From Bacteroidetes bacterium HLUCCA01 (GTDB lineage Bacteria > Bacteroidota > Rhodothermia > Balneolales > HLUCCA01): a stretch of DNA of 64,000 nucleotides. Positions within the stretch are counted from its first letter, which is position 1. Each line of letters starts with the position of its first letter. The translations under genes and the position numbers were made by a program. A model generated the notes under the pieces. That model had not been told where the DNA came from. It saw only the letters and a list, made by a program, of their open reading frames with translations, and ran no database searches. Location: NCBI GenBank assembly GCA_001314545.1, contig LIHN01000001.1:276180-340179 (forward strand), given 5' to 3'. This document shows positions 27,336 through 37,951 of the stretch, one piece after another.

Positions 27336-27445
27336 AAGCCCGTTTGAATGTTTACTGATGATTTTCTTTCACTCTTCTAATCATTGTAAATATCGATAAA
27401 ATTAGAACAAAACAAGAATCTAATCGGCCAATTTGCAGAAATAAA

Positions 27446-28147
27446 TTATTTTTCTGCTGTCGGGTATCCGGCCTGCTTCAACCAGTCTTTCGCCGCCTCA
27501 ATGTAAGTCTGGGAAAGTTTATGGTTTTCGTCAACAAGCTTTATTTCGGCATCTATCCCATGCCCTTTCAAGAAATCAACTGCTTTAATCTGCGGTTCAG
27601 GCAAAACGGTTCGATCTTTAGTCCCGTGAATGGCCAGTATTTTCTGATGCCCCATACTTTCAAGTTTTGCATCCGTTAACACTTCGGTCTTATACCGACC
27701 CGCCATGACAATAATTTCATTGGTGTGTTTCCACCGGGTCATACCGAAATAGCCAGCCTGGTACCCACCCATTGAGTACCCGATTACGCAAAGTCTTGAA
27801 ACGTTGATAAACTGTCGGACATGGTCAATAATTTCTTGTATAAACTCAGCCGTATACTCCAATGATTTGATGAATGACCCCTGCTTGCCGTTATACAGAT
27901 ACCACATAAACCCCCACTTTTTTTTATGGGACGTCAACTCGGAGTCCGCATATGGACCCTGAATATACAGATGGTAGGCGCTGAAGCTGTTAAAAGATTG
28001 CATCGCCTTTTCATAGCTTTTCAGGTTCTGGCCACGACCATGTAAATAGACAATCATGGGTTTTTCTGCCCCCTGATCACCAGTTTCAACCAGCTTATAT
28101 GGAACTTCAACTTTAAATGAAGTTTTCCCCGACAATAATACGTTCAT
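27446..28147 (-). CDS. Alpha/beta hydrolase (carboxylesterase/dienelactone-hydrolase-like)
   Basis: GYSMGG nucleophile elbow, HGTKD, and a C-terminal His. ATG 28147 (MNVLLSG...) is preferred over the extended track start at 28288. Confidence 0.7.
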   Translation of the reverse strand: MNVLLSGKTSFKVEVPYKLVETGDQGAEKPMIVYLHGRGQNLKSYEKAMQSFNSFSAYHLYIQGPYADSELTSHKKKWGFMWYLYNGKQGSFIKSLEYTAEFIQEIIDHVRQFINVSRLCVIGYSMGGYQAGYFGMTRWKHTNEIIVMAGRYKTEVLTDAKLESMGHQKILAIHGTKDRTVLPEPQIKAVDFLKGHGIDAEIKLVDENHKLSQTYIEAAKDWLKQAGYPTAEK

Positions 28148-28373
28148 ATTGATTTCATAATTCGATTTACACAAAATTTGGCCAAATATAGTGTTTTTCA
28201 CAATCTGATTGACAGGTATTGACGGCCTGCAAAAATACAACAGGTGGAAAATAACCCTACAGTTCTTAATTTGGCTTACATAACGCAATCTCTAAAGCGT
28301 TACGTTTTTATAGAATGGCCGTTTACAATTACGCGTCTGTCAACTTGGAAATCATTAATAACCGTTTAAATCC

Positions 28374-29357
28374 ATGCGTGAACTCCGCACCGACTGGACC
28401 CTCGATGAAGTCCGTGATATTTACAACCAACCTTTACTTGAACTGGCTTACCAGGCTTCTGTAGTACACCGAAAATTTCAGTCGACCGGAGAGGTTCAGG
28501 TCTGTACCCTGCTGTCGATTAAAACAGGAGGATGTCCTGAAGACTGTGCCTACTGTCCGCAATCAGCACGCTTTAACACGGAGATTGATCCTGCCGGCTT
28601 ACTTCCGCTTGATGATGTTCGCGATGCAGCTCAGAAGGCTGCAGCATCCGGAAGCACCCGTTTCTGCATGGGTGCAGCCTGGAGACGAGTTCGAAACAAT
28701 AACGATTTCGAGCGGGTACTCAGCATGGTACGCGAAGTGAACGATATGGGTCTGGAAGTATGCGCAACGTTGGGAATGCTCACCCCTGAACAGGCAAACC
28801 GACTTAAAGAAGCGGGGCTTACGGCATACAACCATAATCTTGATACCAGCGAAGAACATTATGGTAACATCATCACCACCCGTACCTACGCGGACCGGCT
28901 TGAAACCATTTCACATGTTCAGAAAGCCAGGATTTCTGTGTGCTCCGGGGGGATTATTGGTTTGGGTGAAACCGATGAGGACCGAATTTCCATGCTTCAT
29001 ACCCTCGCAACGCTGGAAGAGCATCCGGAGTCCGTTCCGGTAAATGCCCTTATTGCCGTAGAAGGAACACCCCTTGAAAACCAGGAACGAGTCTCGGTAT
29101 GGGAAATGGTACGGATGATCGCCACTGCCCGGATTCTCATGCCCAAGGCCATGGTTCGTTTGTCAGCCGGCAGGGTTGAAATGCCCGTCACCGAGCAGGC
29201 TCTGTGCTTCATGGCCGGAGCCAACTCCATATTCGCGGGTGAAAAACTCCTGACAACGGCCAATAACGACATTGATGAAGACAAACAAATGTTTGAATTG
29301 CTCGGCCTGTCACCCCGTCCGGCACATAAAACACGTCGTGACACCCTGACGGTTTAA
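28374..29357 (+). CDS. bioB: Biotin synthase
   Basis: Radical-SAM [11 protein letters not shown] plus typical BioB blocks ([16 protein letters not shown]). Confidence 0.95.
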   Translation: MRELRTDWTLDEVRDIYNQPLLELAYQASVVHRKFQSTGEVQVCTLLSIKTGGCPEDCAYCPQSARFNTEIDPAGLLPLDDVRDAAQKAAASGSTRFCMGAAWRRVRNNNDFERVLSMVREVNDMGLEVCATLGMLTPEQANRLKEAGLTAYNHNLDTSEEHYGNIITTRTYADRLETISHVQKARISVCSGGIIGLGETDEDRISMLHTLATLEEHPESVPVNALIAVEGTPLENQERVSVWEMVRMIATARILMPKAMVRLSAGRVEMPVTEQALCFMAGANSIFAGEKLLTTANNDIDEDKQMFELLGLSPRPAHKTRRDTLTV

Positions 29358-29370
29358 GCGTTTCAATGCA

Positions 29371-29403
29371 TAGGCTGCAGAAAAAGCGTAGGCTGCAGAA
29401 AAA
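29371..29403 (+). repeat. Tandem direct repeat TAGGCTGCAGAAAAA x2 (period 18 nt)
   Basis: 29371-29385 and 29389-29403 are identical 15-mers, each containing the palindrome CTGCAG. They lie in the bioB/bioA convergent spacer. Confidence 0.6.
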
Positions 29404-29478
29404 CGGAGACTTGTTACCTGCCGCGGGTTGCACAAGACAGGTACAATGTCCCCGGCCGGTCATATCCTATTAAAGATG

Positions 29479-29506
29479 AAAGGCGTTTTAGTAAAGCGCC
29501 TTTTTT
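29479..29506 (+). terminator. Rho-independent terminator of bioB (overlaps the bioA stop codon)
   Basis: AAAGGCGTTTT / AAAGCGCCTTT hairpin followed by T6 (29501-29506). Confidence 0.65.
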
Positions 29507-30798
29507 ATTGCCTCCAACAATCGGCCGATGTCTTTATAGGCTTCGCGAAGTTCATCGTCGGTGATGCAATACGGGGGCATCAGATATAAAACCTGACCCA
29601 ACGGTCGGATCAAAAGTCCGTACGCAGGAGCCATCTTTTTTATTTCTGCGGCTATACGGTTAAAATATCCATCCCGTTCGGAGGTCTTAATGTCAACAGC
29701 CGCAATCGTTCCCCGGACCCTCCATCGGTGCAGAAACGGGAACGTTGCGCATAACCCTGCCATTTCCACCTCGTGTATCCGCTGAATAGATTTGCGCTGT
29801 AAATCACTCTTCGGCAACAAGTTCAGCCCTGCACAGGCTGCGGCACATCCCAGAGGATTGGCCGTGTAGGAATGGCCGTGCCAGAGCGTCTTATTGGCAT
29901 CATCGTGATTGAATGCACGAAATACTTCGGTAGTGGTAAGTGTGAGCGACATAGGCAAAAACCCTGCAGTCAGCCCCTTCGAAAGGCAGATGATATCAGG
30001 TTTTGTCGCCGCCTGCTGCCATGCAAACCAGTCGCCGGTTCTTCCAAACCCAGTCATCACTTCATCATAGATCACAAGTACGTCATGCGCAGCAGCCAGT
30101 GTATGCAGCCGCTTCAGAAATTCGGGTCTGCACATATTCATGCCACCGGCACCCTGAATAAGTGGTTCAATCAGAATTGCTGCAAACAGGTCGCCACCGT
30201 CTGTAAACAACCGTTCAATTTGACGCAATATGTGATCTTCCTTATCCTGAACTCCGGTATCATCATGCCAGGTAGACGCATACGGCACACGGTCGAAACG
30301 AATCAACCAGTCGCGAAACGGTTCGTTGAAGACCGATGGCTCGCCGGCTGACATGGCCCCGACTGTATCACCATGGTATGCACCCTCAAATGTGAGTATG
30401 CGTCTGCGATTGGTCTGACCGGTATTGTGCCAGTATTGATAGGCAATTTTCAGCGCGACTTCCACGGCCGTTGAACCGTTATCGCTGAAGAAGGCATGGC
30501 CGAAATGATGCCCGTTCATTTCCAGAAGCTTATCGACCAGATCTTCGGCGGGCTGATGGGTAAATCCGGCAAAAATTACGTGTTCCAATTCCTGTGCCTG
30601 GCGCGAAATAGCTGCTGCTACTTCCGGATGTGCATGCCCATAAAGATTGACCCACCAACTGGAGATCAGATCTTTGATTTGTCTGCCATCCTCAAGGGTC
30701 AGCCAAATTCCCTGTGCACGCGTAACTTTAATGGGTTGTGTATAAGCCTTGCCATGCACGGTAAACGGCTTCCAAATTTTAGGCAGACTGTCATCCAT
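29488..30798 (-). CDS. bioA: Adenosylmethionine-8-amino-7-oxononanoate aminotransferase
   Basis: Class III aminotransferase with BioA-type blocks (WPFT-like N-terminus, FFSDNGSTAVEVALK, VIYDEVMTGFGRTG), within the bio cluster. Confidence 0.9.
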   Translation of the reverse strand: MDDSLPKIWKPFTVHGKAYTQPIKVTRAQGIWLTLEDGRQIKDLISSWWVNLYGHAHPEVAAAISRQAQELEHVIFAGFTHQPAEDLVDKLLEMNGHHFGHAFFSDNGSTAVEVALKIAYQYWHNTGQTNRRRILTFEGAYHGDTVGAMSAGEPSVFNEPFRDWLIRFDRVPYASTWHDDTGVQDKEDHILRQIERLFTDGGDLFAAILIEPLIQGAGGMNMCRPEFLKRLHTLAAAHDVLVIYDEVMTGFGRTGDWFAWQQAATKPDIICLSKGLTAGFLPMSLTLTTTEVFRAFNHDDANKTLWHGHSYTANPLGCAAACAGLNLLPKSDLQRKSIQRIHEVEMAGLCATFPFLHRWRVRGTIAAVDIKTSERDGYFNRIAAEIKKMAPAYGLLIRPLGQVLYLMPPYCITDDELREAYKDIGRLLEAIKKALY

Positions 30799-31498
30799 GA
30801 CTGCGCATCACCTCCAGAAAACGCTCACCAATACCGCTTTCTTTCCACACAGCATCCAGCATAGCGGGATTTATGGTATCCAATTTATGGACAGAACCCA
30901 ATCTGGGTACACCCGAATAGTGCTCAACAATACGTTCATTTTCCGGATTCGAATCACCGTTCATTACAAAACCTGCTACCTTCAATCCTCTATCAATAAG
31001 CGTATTGATGGTCAGCAGGGAGTGATTGATGGTACCCAATGATGAACGAGACACAACGATTACCGGGGCTTTTAAATCGCTCATGAGATCTATGAGCAAG
31101 TCACGTTCATTCAAGGGCACTAAAACTCCACCGGCTCCTTCAATTACCAGCCAGGGATTATTTACCCTGTTCCGGTCAGGCCAGCTGAAATCACTTCGTT
31201 CGATGTGAACACCATCCAGCCGGGCTGCCAGGTGCGGTGATAGCGGTTGCTGCAATACCCATCGCTCCTCAACAAAATGCTCCGGGGGCAGCTGTGTGAA
31301 TGAACGTACGGTTTGTGTATCCGTCATCCCATTGTCAAGACCACTTTGGACCGGCTTCCAGTAGGCTGCATTAAGTCCGCGGGTCAGCAATGAAGCTACC
31401 AATGTTTTGCCAACACCGGTATCCGTACCGGTGACCCATAGGGGCTGATACGCCGGTACGGTTTTATTTTTTTCGGATTCCACCAAAGGTAATTCCAT
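30791..31498 (-). CDS. bioD: Dethiobiotin synthase
   Basis: LWVTGTDTGVGKT P-loop, EGAGG, and bio cluster context. Confidence 0.85.
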   Translation of the reverse strand: MELPLVESEKNKTVPAYQPLWVTGTDTGVGKTLVASLLTRGLNAAYWKPVQSGLDNGMTDTQTVRSFTQLPPEHFVEERWVLQQPLSPHLAARLDGVHIERSDFSWPDRNRVNNPWLVIEGAGGVLVPLNERDLLIDLMSDLKAPVIVVSRSSLGTINHSLLTINTLIDRGLKVAGFVMNGDSNPENERIVEHYSGVPRLGSVHKLDTINPAMLDAVWKESGIGERFLEVMRSHG

Positions 31499-32276
31499 AA
31501 GTTACATGAAAACTTTTACGGTTCTTCTGTTTCCAATGCTCATCCAGCTGAAGTACCGATCCCGGACTGTTGCGCTGTCCCGATCGTTGTGTGCCGGCAC
31601 CAATGCGTTTGAGGTTACGGAAAAAGTCAGCCGGTGAGTCGAACACTTCGGTGAACAACTCCATTGAAAAAAACTCCCATGAGTAAAGGGACGGATCGAG
31701 TGGAATAGGTGCGCAGGGTGGCAGGGTGTTACCGGTAAACGGGATTCCGGTTTCAGCGCAGAGCGCTTTCCATTCGGGGAAGCATCGTTCATCCAGGTAT
31801 GAATACATGAGCATCCCTGCTGGTTTCAAAGCCCTGAGATACTGATTGAGTACCGCTTCGGTATCGGCGAACCACTGCGCTGTGAGCGCAGTAAAGATAA
31901 GTCCATACGTATCATCCGGCAGTTGATTTTCGCCGTCTATATTGGAAAAGTGGACCTGCAGACGCTCTGGGATGTTTAGGTCCGCCTGGCATGCCTGAAG
32001 CATTTCGACCGACAGATCCGCAGCGGTGAACTCACCCCCGGGCAGCAGGGAAACCATTGGTTGGGTGACAAAGCCGGTACCACAACCAATTTCAAGGTAC
32101 GGCGACTGCAGCGAATCCGTGAACTCCTCGGCCAATTCGGCGAATCGCTGCGCTGCCTGGCGTTGCACATGGGCATACATATTGTAGGCCCTGGCTTTAC
32201 TGCCAAAACTGGCTGCAACCTGGTCTTTAACTTGCAGTGATGAATTATCCGAATCTAGTTTTTTGGACTTAGCCAT
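31464..32276 (-). CDS. bioC: Malonyl-[ACP] O-methyltransferase
   Basis: FGSKARAYNMYAHVQRQAAQRF... and the EIGCGTG SAM-binding motif, within the bio cluster. Confidence 0.8.
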   Translation of the reverse strand: MAKSKKLDSDNSSLQVKDQVAASFGSKARAYNMYAHVQRQAAQRFAELAEEFTDSLQSPYLEIGCGTGFVTQPMVSLLPGGEFTAADLSVEMLQACQADLNIPERLQVHFSNIDGENQLPDDTYGLIFTALTAQWFADTEAVLNQYLRALKPAGMLMYSYLDERCFPEWKALCAETGIPFTGNTLPPCAPIPLDPSLYSWEFFSMELFTEVFDSPADFFRNLKRIGAGTQRSGQRNSPGSVLQLDEHWKQKNRKSFHVTYGITFGGIRKK

Positions 32277-32968
32277 GTGTTATTTATTACTGATGCCAAT
32301 TCACCAACATGGGTAAGCGGCAGGGCATGTCCACCATTATCAATAAGGTGAACGTCCGACTGACAATGGTTAGCCAGCAGGTCTGCATGTTGTGACGGCA
32401 CTATTCTATCCTTTAACCCATGAAATATAAACACATTTGGAATACCGGCTAAATATTCCGGGGAGATATGGGCCTCGTTAAGCATGAGCAAATCAGCGTA
32501 CAGTGTTTCTTTGCAGTTGATCTGCTGCAGCCGGGCTATGACCTGCTGCTGCTCTTCTTCTTGAAGCGGATAGGTCATGTTTTGGTAAAACTCGTTGAGA
32601 ACGTTCTCCGGATTGTGCCCGAAAGCCCGGATCATTCTTCGGAGTATGGTTTTGGATGCTGCAGGATTGATATCATGAAAGTTTATGAATCCTGATATCA
32701 CAAAACAGTATTCGGCCCTTCGTGCTATGTATTGATCAACAAATAAACCTCCCATCGAGTGCGTCACGATGACGTGTCGTTCAGCGCGCGTATCCAGCTG
32801 GATTTCACGGGCCGGATACCATTCGTTGTAACCCCTGCTGCAAAAATGGTGCATCATCTTTCCGCCCGGTCCCACATCAATCAGCGGCACCATGTCCGTC
32901 CAGATAGCGGGTGTACAGGCCCATCCGTGGTACCAGTAGATGGCAGTATTTACCGGTTTTTCAGACAC
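32255..32968 (-). CDS. Pimeloyl-[ACP] methyl ester esterase, BioH-like alpha/beta hydrolase
   Basis: HGW...W, HSMGG nucleophile, GLKDRIVP and GGHA blocks. It sits between bioF and bioC. The subtype (BioH/BioG/other) cannot be resolved by eye. Confidence 0.6.
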   Translation of the reverse strand: MSEKPVNTAIYWYHGWACTPAIWTDMVPLIDVGPGGKMMHHFCSRGYNEWYPAREIQLDTRAERHVIVTHSMGGLFVDQYIARRAEYCFVISGFINFHDINPAASKTILRRMIRAFGHNPENVLNEFYQNMTYPLQEEEQQQVIARLQQINCKETLYADLLMLNEAHISPEYLAGIPNVFIFHGLKDRIVPSQHADLLANHCQSDVHLIDNGGHALPLTHVGELASVINNTWLSPKN

Positions 32969-34101
32969 TCGACCACACCCTTAAGTGATTCCGTACGCAG
33001 GTTGCTGTTTATCGTAAACCGCAATCGAGATGATCCCGCCGGCACCGTTGGAGGACGAATGGGTATAACCAGATATCCTTCCGATTTCAATTGTTTTGCC
33101 ATGTGCATGGTTTGGTCCTCGCTCCCGATTAGAGCCGGGACAATCTGTGAACGGGATCCGCTTACGTTGAAACCTGCTTCAATGAGTGCATTTCTGAACC
33201 AGGCTGCTGTTTCAAACAGAACACTACGTTCATCCTGCAAGGTCTCCATGAGTTGTACGGATGCCAGCGTACTGGCAACAACCGGCGGGGGAAGTGCTGT
33301 GGAATAAATAAAACCACTACAAAAATTAATCAGATACTCGCGCATTGCCGCGCTGCAAGCCGCAAATGCTCCGGCGGTTCCAAATGATTTACCAAAGGTT
33401 CCCAATACGATATCCACGCGGTCATTCAGATAACTCAGGCCCCGGCCACCTTGTCCAAATAACCCTAACGAATGGGCTTCATCAATAATCAGGATTGCGT
33501 TGTACTGATCAGCCAATGCCGTCAGCTCTGACAGATCTGCAATATCACCATCCATACTGAATACAGTTTCTGAAACGATGATGATCGTGGCATCCTTGCG
33601 AGCATGTTTTTGCAATAATGAGCGAAGGTGTGAGTAATCGGCATGACGGTACCGATGCAACTGGGCATCACTGACCCGCGCTCCGTGTAAAAGACTGTTG
33701 TGATTAAGCTTATCAAAAAAGAGCAGGGCGTTTTTGTCGGTCAGCGCCGGGATCAGCGTTGCATTCATCTGATACCCTGAGTTGAAAAGCAGTACGGCTT
33801 CACGAGCTATCCAGCTTGCCATTTCCGTCTCCAGCTGCTCATGCATCGTTGTGGTACCGGTTATAAGGCGTGACCCGGTGCTGCCGGCACCAAACTGAGC
33901 ATACGCCTGCTGACCTGCCCGGATGACTGCCGGATGCTGCGATAACCCGAGGTAGTCGTTACCGCAAAGATTGAGCAATGGACCCTCTTTGGTTTCAATC
34001 CATCCATCCCTGCGGCCATCGGCAGCAGCCATCGATCGCAACTGCCCCGCTAACGCCCGGCGGTTCAGGGCCTTGTGTATAAACGCTGCCCTTTCAGCCA
34101 T
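32950..34101 (-). CDS. bioF: 8-amino-7-oxononanoate synthase
   Basis: NDYLGLSQHP, DEAHSLG, and the TFGKSFG PLP-lysine motif. Confidence 0.9.
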   Translation of the reverse strand: MAERAAFIHKALNRRALAGQLRSMAAADGRRDGWIETKEGPLLNLCGNDYLGLSQHPAVIRAGQQAYAQFGAGSTGSRLITGTTTMHEQLETEMASWIAREAVLLFNSGYQMNATLIPALTDKNALLFFDKLNHNSLLHGARVSDAQLHRYRHADYSHLRSLLQKHARKDATIIIVSETVFSMDGDIADLSELTALADQYNAILIIDEAHSLGLFGQGGRGLSYLNDRVDIVLGTFGKSFGTAGAFAACSAAMREYLINFCSGFIYSTALPPPVVASTLASVQLMETLQDERSVLFETAAWFRNALIEAGFNVSGSRSQIVPALIGSEDQTMHMAKQLKSEGYLVIPIRPPTVPAGSSRLRFTINSNLRTESLKGVVECLKNR

Positions 34102-34106
34102 GGGAC

Positions 34107-35201
34107 TTAATCCTGGCGTAGTGTATCAACCGCTGACGGGTCGAACTCCGGATTGGCCCTGAATGTGCGGGCCATCGCCTCAAATTGATATAAAAAACGA
34201 CGTTGACGGTAGCGTGGCGAAAACTGGGCAAACTCCATCATGTATAAGCGTCGCTGTTCAGGACTATGGAAAACATAATTCAGATACGGCCCACCCATTG
34301 AGAAGTCGCTCATTACCCAAACCCCGCGCGACTCATACGCCTGGGAACCGTTAATTTCAAGCAATTCCGTCTGATATTCCTGGCGATAATCCGTTCGGAC
34401 AAACGCATCTTCCCTGGAACCCCGGATGTAAATCTGTAGCAGGCTGTCACGGGTGGAATTGATCCATCGATTCGTGACAAAGTCGAGATCGTCTACATCA
34501 TCCTTATGCCAAACCCATATCCACCGGTCATTGTCTTCAAGGTATCTTCTGACAGATATGAAGTCGGTTGTGTCTACACCGGGGAAATAGTCATGCTGAA
34601 TGCGGAAGCTGAAACCACGGTGCGTAAACAGGCTGTCAGCCAGATCTTTGATTTCCCCTCTCCGATATACTTCTTCAGTCCATCGGTTTAACTCTGCGGC
34701 ATGAAGACTTCGCAAATGCGCACCGGCATTATTGCGTATTCTGCGTTCAAGGGCCTCGGGAGTGTCGGCTGTCTGAATAAGAATCCATTGGTCACGGTAC
34801 CAGCGGTCCTGCAGGGGAATTTCATACAGACCACCCTCCCGCACCCGTTGCTGAACCTCCTCACTGAGCAATGATCGCAGATATGCGCCAACGTTGCTTT
34901 CTTCGTCAATGGTAGCAACAATAAGCAGGTTACGATGCTTTTGAGCACGCTCAAGGTCAGCCTGTGTTCTAAGCCCTACAAATTTAAGGTCGTAACGGGG
35001 TTCAGGACGTGGCATAGTGAGCATGTACTCTCCATAAACGTCCCTGAGCGCTTGTTCCAGCGGACCCTCGTATCGGGAGGAGTCCATCAAAACGTAGACT
35101 TCGGAAGGCAGACCCTGGGCCCGTTGTCTATAGTCCCCGCCGCAGGCTGCTGTTATCAACGCTGCGAGTGAGATCAGTGTAATCAGTGTGGTGTTCTTCA
35201 T
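34107..35201 (-). CDS. DUF4837-like lipoprotein
   Basis: Lipobox LITAAC. The C-terminal block RGVWVMSDFSMGGPYLNYVF...FAQFSPRYRQRRFLYQFEAMARTF resembles DUF4837 as I recall it. Confidence 0.5.
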   Translation of the reverse strand: MKNTTLITLISLAALITAACGGDYRQRAQGLPSEVYVLMDSSRYEGPLEQALRDVYGEYMLTMPRPEPRYDLKFVGLRTQADLERAQKHRNLLIVATIDEESNVGAYLRSLLSEEVQQRVREGGLYEIPLQDRWYRDQWILIQTADTPEALERRIRNNAGAHLRSLHAAELNRWTEEVYRRGEIKDLADSLFTHRGFSFRIQHDYFPGVDTTDFISVRRYLEDNDRWIWVWHKDDVDDLDFVTNRWINSTRDSLLQIYIRGSREDAFVRTDYRQEYQTELLEINGSQAYESRGVWVMSDFSMGGPYLNYVFHSPEQRRLYMMEFAQFSPRYRQRRFLYQFEAMARTFRANPEFDPSAVDTLRQD

Positions 35202-35273
35202 ATGTTCCTCGGATTCTTCATGCCATAATACTGACCCTGAAGCGAAATTGGAACTGCATCATTATGCGAGTTG

Positions 35274-36074
35274 CTACTTTCCGTATTTTATTTCTTCGAC
35301 AAATTCACGGGTGCGGTCGAGCCAGTCGGAATTAGGGTAGTTTTTACGGATGGTATCAATCAAGGCACTGCCAACCACAAAGCCACGCAGGCCGGCTGAT
35401 ATCTGCTTGGCGTCCTCATGCGATTTGATTCCAAACCCGACAAGGACCGGATTTTTGGTAATATTGGCTTTTACCCGGTCAATAAAACGCGAAACCGATT
35501 GCGCAACCTGATCGCCATCGCGTGCACCGGTTACACCGGTAACCGAGACACAATAGACAAAACCATGTGATTTTTGGTCGATCAAACGCATGCGCTCGTC
35601 CGTTGTATTGGGAGCAACAAGGTAAATCAAAGCCAGAGCGTGTTTGTCGCAATACGTCTCCACCAAACCAGCCTCCTCAACGGGAACATCAGGAAGAATG
35701 AATCCGTCAACCCCGGCCGAGGCTGCTTTTTCAAAGAACTTCTCCACACCGTAATACAGAATGGGGTTGATATAGCCCATCAGTACGATGGGTATGGAAG
35801 AGGTAATACGCACCTGCTTGACCATCTCAAAAATTGAATCCAGATCTGTTCCCTGCTCAATGGCAACCTCACTGGAGTACTGGATTGTTGGCCCGTCGGC
35901 CAGCGGGTCACTGAATGGCATACCCAGCTCGATGATATCAGCCCCGGACGATTCCAGAGCCGCTATAATATCGGGAGTTACGGCAGGCTCGGGGTATCCG
36001 GCTGTGATGAACATGGCCATTACAGGTTTCTGTCCTGCCTTTTGGAAAACGGAAGTTATTCGGTCTGAAGCCAT
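35274..36074 (-). CDS. trpA: Tryptophan synthase alpha chain
   Basis: FITAGYPE, ELGMPFSDPLADGPTIQ, GFGI. Confidence 0.95.
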   Translation of the reverse strand: MASDRITSVFQKAGQKPVMAMFITAGYPEPAVTPDIIAALESSGADIIELGMPFSDPLADGPTIQYSSEVAIEQGTDLDSIFEMVKQVRITSSIPIVLMGYINPILYYGVEKFFEKAASAGVDGFILPDVPVEEAGLVETYCDKHALALIYLVAPNTTDERMRLIDQKSHGFVYCVSVTGVTGARDGDQVAQSVSRFIDRVKANITKNPVLVGFGIKSHEDAKQISAGLRGFVVGSALIDTIRKNYPNSDWLDRTREFVEEIKYGK

Positions 36075-36077
36075 TGA

Positions 36078-37292
36078 TTAAATAAATTTTGAAATGGTAG
36101 CCATGTCTTTATCTCCACGACCGGAACAGTTTACCACAACGACTTCCCCGGCGGTGGTGGTGGGCATGAGCGTATTCAGAAAAGCCATTGCATGTGCCGT
36201 TTCCAGAGCCGGAATGATGCCTTCCATGGAGGAGGTTAAACGCACTCCTTCCAAAGCCTCTTCGTCGGTTACCGGAACGTACTGCACCCGTTTAATATCA
36301 TGAAGGTGGGCGTGCTCCGGTCCAACGCCCGGATAGTCGAGTCCGGCGCTTACCGAATGGGCGAGGGCTATTTGACCCTGATTGGTCTGCAGCAGGAAAC
36401 TTAAAGATCCATGTAAAACCCCCGGGGTACCTTTTGCAAACGTAGCGGCCGTCTTGCCGGATTCAACACCATAACCTGCCGCTTCAACACCAATCAATTT
36501 AACATGTTCATCTTCAATGAAGGGATAGAAGATCCCCATGGCATTGGATCCGCCTCCTACACAGGCTACTACATAGTCCGGAAGTTTTCCTTCAATTTTC
36601 TGGAGTTGGCTGCGGGTCTCATCGCCGATAATTCGATGAAAATCGCGCACCATCATGGGATACGGATGTGGCCCGACTACCGAGCCGATGATGTAGAACG
36701 TATCGTCAACGTTGGTGACCCAATCACGAATTGCTTCATTCGTTGCGTCTTTCAACGTTTGCGAACCGCTGGTAACCGGACGAACCTCAGCTCCAAGAAG
36801 TCGCATACGATCTACATTAAGTTTCTGCCGTTCAGTATCTTCGGCACCCATGTAAACAACACATTCCATTCCGAAGCGGGCGCATACCGTAGCAGTGGCA
36901 ACCCCGTGCTGACCAGCACCGGTCTCGGCAATGATTCGCTTTTTGCCCATGCGTCTGGCAAGCAACACCTGACCCACCGTGTTGTTGATTTTATGAGCAC
37001 CCGTATGACACAGGTCCTCCCGCTTGAGATAGATACGGGCTTTCCCGAAGTGTTCGGTAAGACGCTCGGCAAAGGTCAGCGGCGTTGGCCGGCCGACATA
37101 CTCCCGAAGTAAAAACATAAATTCCTCGTGAAACGAAGGATCATTTTTAACGTTCGCATACGCCGCCTCGAGTTCATTGAGTGCCGGTATCAGTATTTCG
37201 GGTACGAATTTGCCGCCAAACCGACCGAAGTAACCGTTCTTGGTTGGACTTGTATATTGCATGGTTTTTGGTTCTATGAGACTACCCTTCAT
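36078..37292 (-). CDS. trpB: Tryptophan synthase beta chain
   Basis: [34 protein letters not shown]. The alternative start ATG 37262 would remove the 11-nt overlap with trpF. Confidence 0.95.
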   Translation of the reverse strand: MKGSLIEPKTMQYTSPTKNGYFGRFGGKFVPEILIPALNELEAAYANVKNDPSFHEEFMFLLREYVGRPTPLTFAERLTEHFGKARIYLKREDLCHTGAHKINNTVGQVLLARRMGKKRIIAETGAGQHGVATATVCARFGMECVVYMGAEDTERQKLNVDRMRLLGAEVRPVTSGSQTLKDATNEAIRDWVTNVDDTFYIIGSVVGPHPYPMMVRDFHRIIGDETRSQLQKIEGKLPDYVVACVGGGSNAMGIFYPFIEDEHVKLIGVEAAGYGVESGKTAATFAKGTPGVLHGSLSFLLQTNQGQIALAHSVSAGLDYPGVGPEHAHLHDIKRVQYVPVTDEEALEGVRLTSSMEGIIPALETAHAMAFLNTLMPTTTAGEVVVVNCSGRGDKDMATISKFI

Positions 37293-37938
37293 TTATTTTT
37301 TCCATTTCTGCGAAAAAGGCTTCCATCAGCGCGAAATCTTTAACTCCGGGGGATTCTTCCAGTGAACTGGACAGATCAACAGCATAGGGTTTTACCGTCT
37401 GAATGGCCCTGGCGACGTTGTGCGTACTCAACCCTCCGGACAAAAATATATCATGATCTTCAACAAGGTCGCCAAGTACTTCCCAGTTGAACGTAGCACC
37501 GGTCCCACCGGGTTGTCCCTGTACGTACGTGTCAAAAAGAAAGTAATCGACATACTTCACGTACGGTTCAATCAGATAACGCAGGTGATCGTGATTCATT
37601 TCAGGGCTCACCCGAAAAGCCTTGATGATTTTCAGATGGTTCAATTGCTGGCAATATTCCGGCGACTCAGCTCCGTGAAGCTGCACCACACTGGTTCCGC
37701 TGCTCAACGCAGTTTGCTGCACATATTCCACCGGCTGATTAACAAAAACACCTACACACTCGGGACCTTCAACCCAGTTTATAATTTCCTTGGCATTTTC
37801 TGGTGAAATATAGCGGGGTGAGCCGGGAAAGAAGATAAAGCCCAGATAGTCAGCCAGCGCACCGGATGCATACCGGGCATGATCCAGCCGGGTTAGACCA
37901 CAAATTTTTACTTTAGCTTTTTTTTCGTCTACAAACAT
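37282..37938 (-). CDS. trpF: Phosphoribosylanthranilate isomerase
   Basis: [13 protein letters not shown]..., [11 protein letters not shown], and LSGGL. ATG 37938 is preferred over the extended track start at 37992. Confidence 0.9.
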   Translation of the reverse strand: MFVDEKKAKVKICGLTRLDHARYASGALADYLGFIFFPGSPRYISPENAKEIINWVEGPECVGVFVNQPVEYVQQTALSSGTSVVQLHGAESPEYCQQLNHLKIIKAFRVSPEMNHDHLRYLIEPYVKYVDYFLFDTYVQGQPGGTGATFNWEVLGDLVEDHDIFLSGGLSTHNVARAIQTVKPYAVDLSSSLEESPGVKDFALMEAFFAEMEKINEG

Positions 37939-37951
37939 GGCTTGTTTTTTG

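Noticed and set aside
28283-28310. Palindrome TAACGC-N10-GCGTTA followed by TTTTTA upstream of bioB, considered as a terminator or operator
   Set aside because: The stem is only 6 bp with a weak U-tract, and no plus-strand gene lies upstream for it to terminate. The evidence is insufficient; the BirA-like half-sites nearer the ATG are reported instead.
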